Source: Candidatus Calditenuis sp. (GTDB lineage: Archaea > Thermoproteota > Nitrososphaeria_A > Caldarchaeales > Calditenuaceae). From it: a DNA stretch of 22,130 nt. The translations under genes were made by a program, and so were the position numbers. The stretch is taken from positions 1-22,130 of the forward strand of contig JAVVHL010000007.1 of assembly GCA_032249575.1 (NCBI GenBank). The letters are read 5' to 3'. Shown here piece by piece: positions 15,269-22,130 of the stretch (positions are counted from its first letter, which is position 1; each line of letters begins with the position of its first letter). The notes under the pieces are model-generated. The model saw nothing but the letters and a program-made list of their open reading frames with translations, had not been told where the DNA came from and searched no databases.

Positions 15269-16149
15269 AAGGCGGTGAGGTTTTGCGGCAGCGTGCAGCT
15301 AAGCGGAGGAAGGTCAACGACGTCCTCGTGCCTCTGGCAGCCAGCATAGGCGTCTTCGTCGCGATCGCCTTTCTGGTCTCTCTGCTGCTCTACGTCGTCA
15401 GCATGGGCGCAGGCAGGTTGAGCCCATCGCTGCTCTTCGAGTACCCTTCGGCCAACCCGAGGGAAGCGGGGATGAGGAGCGCGATACTCGGATCGGTGTT
15501 CACGGTGGGCCTTGCGGGGCTGATCTGCATACCGCTCAGCATCGTTACCGCCATCTACCTCACCGAGTACGCGGGCAGCAAGTGGTGGTCGCAAGTTCTC
15601 CGCTACAACATCGCTAACCTCGCAGGCGTACCCTCGGTCGTCTTCGGCGTGGTAGGGCTCGGGTTCCTCGTCTACGGACTCGGCCTCGGAAGGTCTGTGA
15701 TAGCAGGCGCGTTCACGCTGGCCATACTGACGCTGCCTTACGTCACGGTGGTCTGCGTCGAGGCCATCAAGACGGTGCCTGAAGACCAGAGGTTCGGGGC
15801 CTACGCTCTCGGAGCCACGACTTACGAGGTGGTGAGACACATCGTTCTGCCGAGGGCTCTGCCGATGATGCTGACCGGAGGGATACTGGGAATATCGAGG
15901 GCCCTGGGCGAGGCGGCACCGATACTGGTCATCAGCGGCCTGCTCTTCATAAGGGAGGACCCGACGTCGCTCCTCAGCGAGTTCACGGTCATGCCGCTCC
16001 AGCTTTACAACTGGATCAGCAGACCCCAGTTGGCTTTCCAGCAGCTGGCCGCTGCGGGCATAATCGTCTTGCTGGCGATACTGCTAGCGTTGAACTCGCT
16101 TGCGATTTACCTGAGGCAGCGCTTCTACAGGAGGCTCGAGGAGGGATGA
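15250..16149 (+). CDS. pstA: Phosphate ABC transporter permease PstA
   Basis: Multi-TM protein with the EAA loop [43 protein letters not shown]. It overlaps pstC by 19 nt and pstB by 4 nt (ATGA). Confidence 0.88.
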   Translation: MGDQVLKGGEVLRQRAAKRRKVNDVLVPLAASIGVFVAIAFLVSLLLYVVSMGAGRLSPSLLFEYPSANPREAGMRSAILGSVFTVGLAGLICIPLSIVTAIYLTEYAGSKWWSQVLRYNIANLAGVPSVVFGVVGLGFLVYGLGLGRSVIAGAFTLAILTLPYVTVVCVEAIKTVPEDQRFGAYALGATTYEVVRHIVLPRALPMMLTGGILGISRALGEAAPILVISGLLFIREDPTSLLSEFTVMPLQLYNWISRPQLAFQQLAAAGIIVLLAILLALNSLAIYLRQRFYRRLEEG

Positions 16150-17003
16150 GCGAGGCCATCGCTATCAATACCCTCGAAGAGGTCGTTTCAGGGAGGTCAG
16201 AGGTAGAGGTGAATCAGATGTCAGCTCCCGACGACGCCATCATCCAGGTCAGGGACCTCGCTGTCAGGTACCGATCCCGCTATGCGATCAGGGACATCAA
16301 CATCGACTTCAGGAGGAACCACATAACCGCCATCATAGGGCCTTCCGGCTGCGGGAAGTCGACCCTTCTCAGATCACTTAACAGGATGAACGACCTGATA
16401 CCGGGAGCCGATGTCGAGGGAAAGGTCCTGTACCACGGCATCGACATATACTCCAAGGATGTGGACCCCGTAGCGCTCAGGTCGAGGATCGGCATGGTCT
16501 TCCAAAGGCCGAACCCGTTCCCGATGAGCATCTTCGACAACGTGGCCTTCGGTCTCAGGGTGAACGGCATCAAGCTTACGAAGGACGAGCTGCAGAGGAG
16601 GGTGAGGGAGGCGCTGGAGAAGGCGGCGCTCTGGGAAGAGGTCAAGGACAGGCTCGACGCCCACGCTTACTCGCTTTCCGGAGGACAGCAGCAGAGGCTC
16701 TGCATAGCGAGGGCCCTGGCAGTGGAGCCGGAGGTTCTGCTCCTGGACGAGCCGACCGTATCTCTCGACCCAATATCGACCGCCAAGATAGAGGAGCTGC
16801 TGATTTCGATCAAGAAGGACTACACCATCATCATCGTCACCCACAACATGCAGCAGGCCGCCAGGGTCTCGGACTACACGGCCGTCATGATGCCCGACGA
16901 GAACATGGTCGGGAGGCTCATCGAGTTCGGGCCGACGAAGGAGGTATTTACGAGGCCGCGTGACAGGAGGACTGAGGCCTACATCGCGGGGAGGATAGGC
17001 TGA
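16146..17003 (+). CDS. pstB: Phosphate ABC transporter ATP-binding protein PstB
   Basis: Walker [10 protein letters not shown], PstB-typical [10 protein letters not shown], signature [14 protein letters not shown], Walker B LLLDEPT, and the H-loop [13 protein letters not shown]. Confidence 0.95.
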   Translation: MSEAIAINTLEEVVSGRSEVEVNQMSAPDDAIIQVRDLAVRYRSRYAIRDINIDFRRNHITAIIGPSGCGKSTLLRSLNRMNDLIPGADVEGKVLYHGIDIYSKDVDPVALRSRIGMVFQRPNPFPMSIFDNVAFGLRVNGIKLTKDELQRRVREALEKAALWEEVKDRLDAHAYSLSGGQQQRLCIARALAVEPEVLLLDEPTVSLDPISTAKIEELLISIKKDYTIIIVTHNMQQAARVSDYTAVMMPDENMVGRLIEFGPTKEVFTRPRDRRTEAYIAGRIG

Positions 17004-17004
17004 G

Positions 17005-17622
17005 TTGACCAAGCTGATCGAGTCCAAGCTGAAGGACATCAGCGGGCTGCTGGGCGAGATGGCGGTCCTATCTCAGAAGGCGCTCAGCTTGGCGGTGGAC
17101 TCTTTCGTCAACAACAGGCCGCTCGAGAGCGAGGCGTTCAATCTTGCTGAGCAGCTGAGGATGCTTCACCACAAGGTGATGGACCTCTCAACGGAAGCCA
17201 TAGCCAGGTATCAGCCCGTCGCGACGGACCTGAGGTTCATCAGGGCTTGCGGCGAGGTCTCATACGGTCTGTATAGGACTGGCAGGTACGCGTACGACAT
17301 CGTGGGAACAGTCACCGTCTTCGGCGATCTGAGGGGTTGCAGCTGGGAAGACGTCATCAGGACGAGCGGCGTGGTGAAGGAGATGCTGGCTCTTGCGATT
17401 GAGGCCTTCAGCAACCTCGACGAGCGACAGGCGCTTGAGGTGATAAGGATGGACGACGTCGTCGACGGCGAGTACCGACGCTACCTCACGAAGGTGATCG
17501 AGGGAGGCGGTGAGCGGAGGTGCGAGATCGCTGGGCTCCTCATCATGCGCTACCTCGAGAGGATGGCCGACCACGCCAACGCGATAGCCGAGGCCGCGAT
17601 GTACGTGATCAGAGGGATCTGA
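17005..17622 (+). CDS. phoU: Phosphate signalling/uptake regulator PhoU
   Basis: 205 aa, two-repeat helical protein with PVATDLRFIRACGEVSYGLYRTGRYAYDI and LIMRYLERMADHANAIAEAA (the PhoU E-R-x-x-D-h motifs). It lies immediately after pstB. TTG start. Confidence 0.85.
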   Translation: MTKLIESKLKDISGLLGEMAVLSQKALSLAVDSFVNNRPLESEAFNLAEQLRMLHHKVMDLSTEAIARYQPVATDLRFIRACGEVSYGLYRTGRYAYDIVGTVTVFGDLRGCSWEDVIRTSGVVKEMLALAIEAFSNLDERQALEVIRMDDVVDGEYRRYLTKVIEGGGERRCEIAGLLIMRYLERMADHANAIAEAAMYVIRGI

Positions 17623-17681
17623 GAGGGCGGCTAATCCGTTCGAAATATCCTCAAATTTTTGCCGAGGACGCGTGTATACGA

Positions 17682-18299
17682 ATGTCGTCGGCCTTCGAGA
17701 GGGCTGTCGAGTGGGTCAGACAACAGGCAGCGAATGGGAAGCCGCTTCCGGTTATCCAGAAGGAGATGCCCGAGTTCAAGGACGAGCGGTTCACAGTGAA
17801 CAGGGTGGTCCTCTTGGACCCTGTGACGGTGGGCTACGCGGACCCAAAGGCGGCCCTCAAGATCACCGACGGACTGGTGAGGGCGGTCTCGAGGGTTGCG
17901 AAGATGCACGGCTTCGAAGCTGTCCAGACGAGCACCGGGATAGTCGTGAGGTCTGGGGAGAGGAACGTAGCCTTCGTCACGCAGGAGGGCGTCTTCTCGT
18001 CGGACCGGAAGCTCTTCGAGGACCTGATCGACGCTTTGAGGACCCAACCGGTTGACGCTCCGGTCAAGGACAGCTGGCTCGACTCGATCACGCAGCTGGT
18101 CAGCAAGTACGGCGTTGACCTGGTCTTCATGGCGCTGCTCTTCTTCCTTCTGCCGACCACCCTGGCCGCGATCTCGCTGATCACTACGCCTTCGCTGTGG
18201 TTCCCCTATCCCGTTAACGTCGCGGTCACCGTCGCCCTGCTTCTCGTTTCAGTCTACGTCTTCAGGAAGTACATCGCCGAGAACCGTCCCAAGCGGTGA
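17682..18299 (+). CDS. Hypothetical protein with C-terminal double transmembrane anchor
   Basis: The track ORF 17520..18299 overlaps phoU by 100 nt with an Arg-rich shadow-like N-terminus. An in-frame ATG at 17682 (MSSAFERAVEWV...) lies 27 nt downstream of TCAAATTTTT (17651..17660). The C-terminus LVFMALLFFLLPTTLAAISLI...VNVAVTVALLLVSVYVF forms two TM helices. No family recognised. Confidence 0.55.
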   Translation: MSSAFERAVEWVRQQAANGKPLPVIQKEMPEFKDERFTVNRVVLLDPVTVGYADPKAALKITDGLVRAVSRVAKMHGFEAVQTSTGIVVRSGERNVAFVTQEGVFSSDRKLFEDLIDALRTQPVDAPVKDSWLDSITQLVSKYGVDLVFMALLFFLLPTTLAAISLITTPSLWFPYPVNVAVTVALLLVSVYVFRKYIAENRPKR

Positions 18300-18466
18300 G
18301 CTTTCCGGTCAGGAATTCGTTGATGCTTTCCGTTTTCCGAACCAATTTCAGACGTCTTGCGAACTTCCAAATTATATGATGGTGTTGGGTGCGCGACTAA
18401 AAGTTTTGCAAATTCGCGCCACACAATAACATTAAATTCCGAAGTTGAGCTGATGTTGGACCAAGG

Positions 18467-19714
<1,248 letters not shown>

Positions 19715-19757
19715 AGCCGCCTTTCAGTTCACCCTCTTTCCGCGAGGTTCCTCCACG

Positions 19758-19763
19758 TTTTTT
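19758..19763 (+). terminator. T6 tract after aceA (terminator candidate; may double as the TATA-like element of nuoB)
   Basis: CACGTTTTTTACTGGGGTTTTACTGTGGG holds an oligo-T run 44 nt after the aceA stop. It is also centred about 28 nt upstream of the nuoB ATG at 19789. The direct repeat TTTTACTG(G/T)GG is at 19760..19770 and 19771..19781. Confidence 0.35.
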
Positions 19764-19788
19764 ACTGGGGTTTTACTGTGGGTGACGG

Positions 19789-20445
19789 ATGTACTGCTCC
19801 TGGCACGCGGGCAGCTCCTGGGGGAGGCCGAAGACGGGACTCTTCAACGTCACACTAGGCAGCTCGAAGGTCGTTCTGGACTCCATAACGTCGGTGACCG
19901 TGCCCAAGGCCGAGGAGAGGGAGGCCATCAAGAGGTTCGGGCTGGGGAAGGCGGTGAAGGTCGAGAGGCGAGGTGAGGTGAACTTCGTCGTCCAGTGGAT
20001 TAGGAACAGGTCCCTGATCAGGTACATCGTGAACTGGGGGAAGTTGTCGTCCATCTTCCCAGTCCACCTCACGACGGCCTGCTGCTCCGTCGAGTACGCG
20101 GCCACCGTGGGTTCGAGGTATGATCCGGAGAGGTTCGGGATACTGAACGCCGTTGGGTCCCTCAGGCAGTCGGACCTGCTCCTCGTCGAGGGAACTGTTA
20201 CAGCCAAGATGGCCCAGCGCGTCAGGGTGATCTACGACCAGATGCCGGACCCGAAGTGGGTGATCGCGATGGGGGCCTGTGCCATCTCCGGTGGACTCTA
20301 CGCTAAGGACTCTTACAACGTGATACAGGGAATCGACGACATAGTTCCGGTGGACGTCTACGTCCCCGGATGCCCTCCGAGACCAGAGACCCTGATTCAC
20401 GGCTTTATTCTGCTGAGGGACAAGATACTGAACGAGAGGCTCTGA
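19789..20445 (+). CDS. nuoB: NADH-quinone oxidoreductase subunit B (NuoB / 20-kDa, N2 cluster subunit) with an unusually long N-terminus
   Basis: WGKLSSIFPVHLTTACCSVEY, DLLLVEGTVTAKMAQRV, WVIAMGACAISGG and VPVDVYVPGCPPRPE supply the four conserved Cys of the NuoB/hydrogenase small-subunit family. About 85 aa precede the first motif, versus roughly 30-40 as I recall for typical NuoB. An in-frame GTG at 19978 would give a conventional 155-aa protein. Confidence 0.85.
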   Translation: MYCSWHAGSSWGRPKTGLFNVTLGSSKVVLDSITSVTVPKAEEREAIKRFGLGKAVKVERRGEVNFVVQWIRNRSLIRYIVNWGKLSSIFPVHLTTACCSVEYAATVGSRYDPERFGILNAVGSLRQSDLLLVEGTVTAKMAQRVRVIYDQMPDPKWVIAMGACAISGGLYAKDSYNVIQGIDDIVPVDVYVPGCPPRPETLIHGFILLRDKILNERL

Positions 20446-20446
20446 G

Positions 20447-20935
20447 GTGATAGCGTTGTCGAAGGTCCAGTCGATAATAGACGAGATGAGGGAGAGGTTC
20501 GGCGACAAAGTGAGGAACGTCGTCGTCGACAGGAAGATAATCAAGGTGGAGGTCGAGAGGTCAGTCGTCGTCGAGGCGGCGAGGTTCCTGAAGGAGAGGG
20601 GATTCGACCACGTGAAGGGCGTGACGGGGGCGGACCTGATCGCTTTGACGAAGCCGGAGAACGCGATCGAGGTGATTTACCACGCAGGCTCTTACACTGA
20701 CGAGGAGCTCAAGGGAACCGTGTTATCGCTTTCGGTGAAGCTTCCGCGCGACGACCCCGAGATGCCTTCGCTGACACAGGTCTGGCGGAGCGCCGAGTAC
20801 CACGAGCGGGAGACCTTCGAGATGCTGGGAGTCAAGTTCGTGGGCCATCCGGACCTGAGGAGACTGCTCCTGCCCGAGTGGTACTCCGACATACCGCCCC
20901 TCAGGAAGGACTTCAAGCCCGCCGGTCGCGCCTGA
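20447..20935 (+). CDS. nuoC: NADH-quinone oxidoreductase subunit C (NuoC / 30-kDa)
   Basis: SLTQVWRSAEYHERETFEMLGVKFVGHPDLRRLLLPE is the NuoC signature (E-R-E-x2-D/E-x-F-G-x3-G-H-P-x-L-R). GTG start 1 nt after the nuoB stop. Confidence 0.85.
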   Translation: MIALSKVQSIIDEMRERFGDKVRNVVVDRKIIKVEVERSVVVEAARFLKERGFDHVKGVTGADLIALTKPENAIEVIYHAGSYTDEELKGTVLSLSVKLPRDDPEMPSLTQVWRSAEYHERETFEMLGVKFVGHPDLRRLLLPEWYSDIPPLRKDFKPAGRA

Positions 20936-20980
20936 GTCCGTAATTCAGTTTTGCAGGGAGAAACCACCACAGTCCCACGT

Positions 20981-20990
20981 AAAGTTTATA
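20981..20990 (+). promoter_or_regulatory. rRNA operon promoter TATA box (AAAGTTTATA)
   Basis: A strong crenarchaeal-type TATA box (TTTATA core with an A-rich 5' flank) lies in an A/T-rich island 46 nt after nuoC and about 180 nt upstream of the mature 16S 5' end. This leaves a GC-rich leader, as expected for a processing stem. Confidence 0.6.
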
Positions 20991-21170
20991 GCTGGATCTT
21001 TTCACTACAAAGGGTTGGAGCCAAGACCCAAGGCGGCGCCGCCCCTGAGGGAGGCGGTGATGCTCGCTGTGACGGGGCGGTCTCCGGTCTTGGCGACAGG
21101 ATGAGGACCCGAGGTCACGGTTCGGGTCTAATGCGGGCCGGGTCGTGGAGAGACCCCCGCCAACGGGCAG

Positions 21171-22130
<960 letters not shown>

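Noticed and set aside
17520-17681. Upstream 54-codon extension of ORF 17520..18299 overlapping phoU
   Set aside because: The Arg/Asp-rich shadow-like sequence overlaps the well-supported phoU 3' end by about 100 nt. An in-frame ATG at 17682 with a correctly spaced TATA-like box gives a cleaner model.
21050-21080. GTGATGC...CTGTGA in the rRNA leader as a C/D-box or k-turn element
   Set aside because: It only loosely matches the box consensus, it lacks the C'/D' pair and terminal stem, and the complementary 3' flank of the 16S needed to evaluate a processing stem lies outside the window.

Overview
High-GC (about 60%) archaeal chromosomal segment. It is most consistent with a hyperthermophilic crenarchaeote/TACK-type organism. 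Supporting evidence: archaeal-only genes (L14e, Cbf5, GINS-like, PAC2, UPF0201), a very GC-rich archaeal 16S 5' end, A/T-rich TATA-like boxes about 26-33 nt upstream of most start codons (implying leaderless mRNAs), and a spliceable bulge-helix-bulge intron inside cbf5. Gene content is mainly housekeeping. In order: partial GINS-like gene (-), rpl14e, split cbf5, acs, a Nudix hydrolase, a Trbp111-like tRNA-binding protein (-), a PAC2 proteasome chaperone, a membrane protein (-), a wHTH protein (-), a two-gene uncharacterised cassette, UPF0201 (-), intein-containing sufB, a USP-like protein, rlmE/ftsJ, an AbrB-PhoU fusion (-), pstSCAB-phoU, a membrane-anchored hypothetical, isocitrate lyase, nuoB-nuoC, then an rRNA promoter and the first 960 nt of a 16S rRNA gene running off the window. 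The two most notable features both belong to known element classes. (1) A 20-nt canonical hBHBh' intron at 1137..1156 whose removal fuses the two cbf5 ORFs exactly at the catalytic GTLD|P motif. (2) A 357-aa LAGLIDADG intein in SufB. I found no CRISPR array, tRNA gene, transposon or recognisable defence system, and nothing I can defend as a genuinely new multi-gene system. The least-understood module is the wHTH / 96-aa / SnoaL-like cluster at 6335..7653. All family calls rest on motif recognition by eye, not on database searches.
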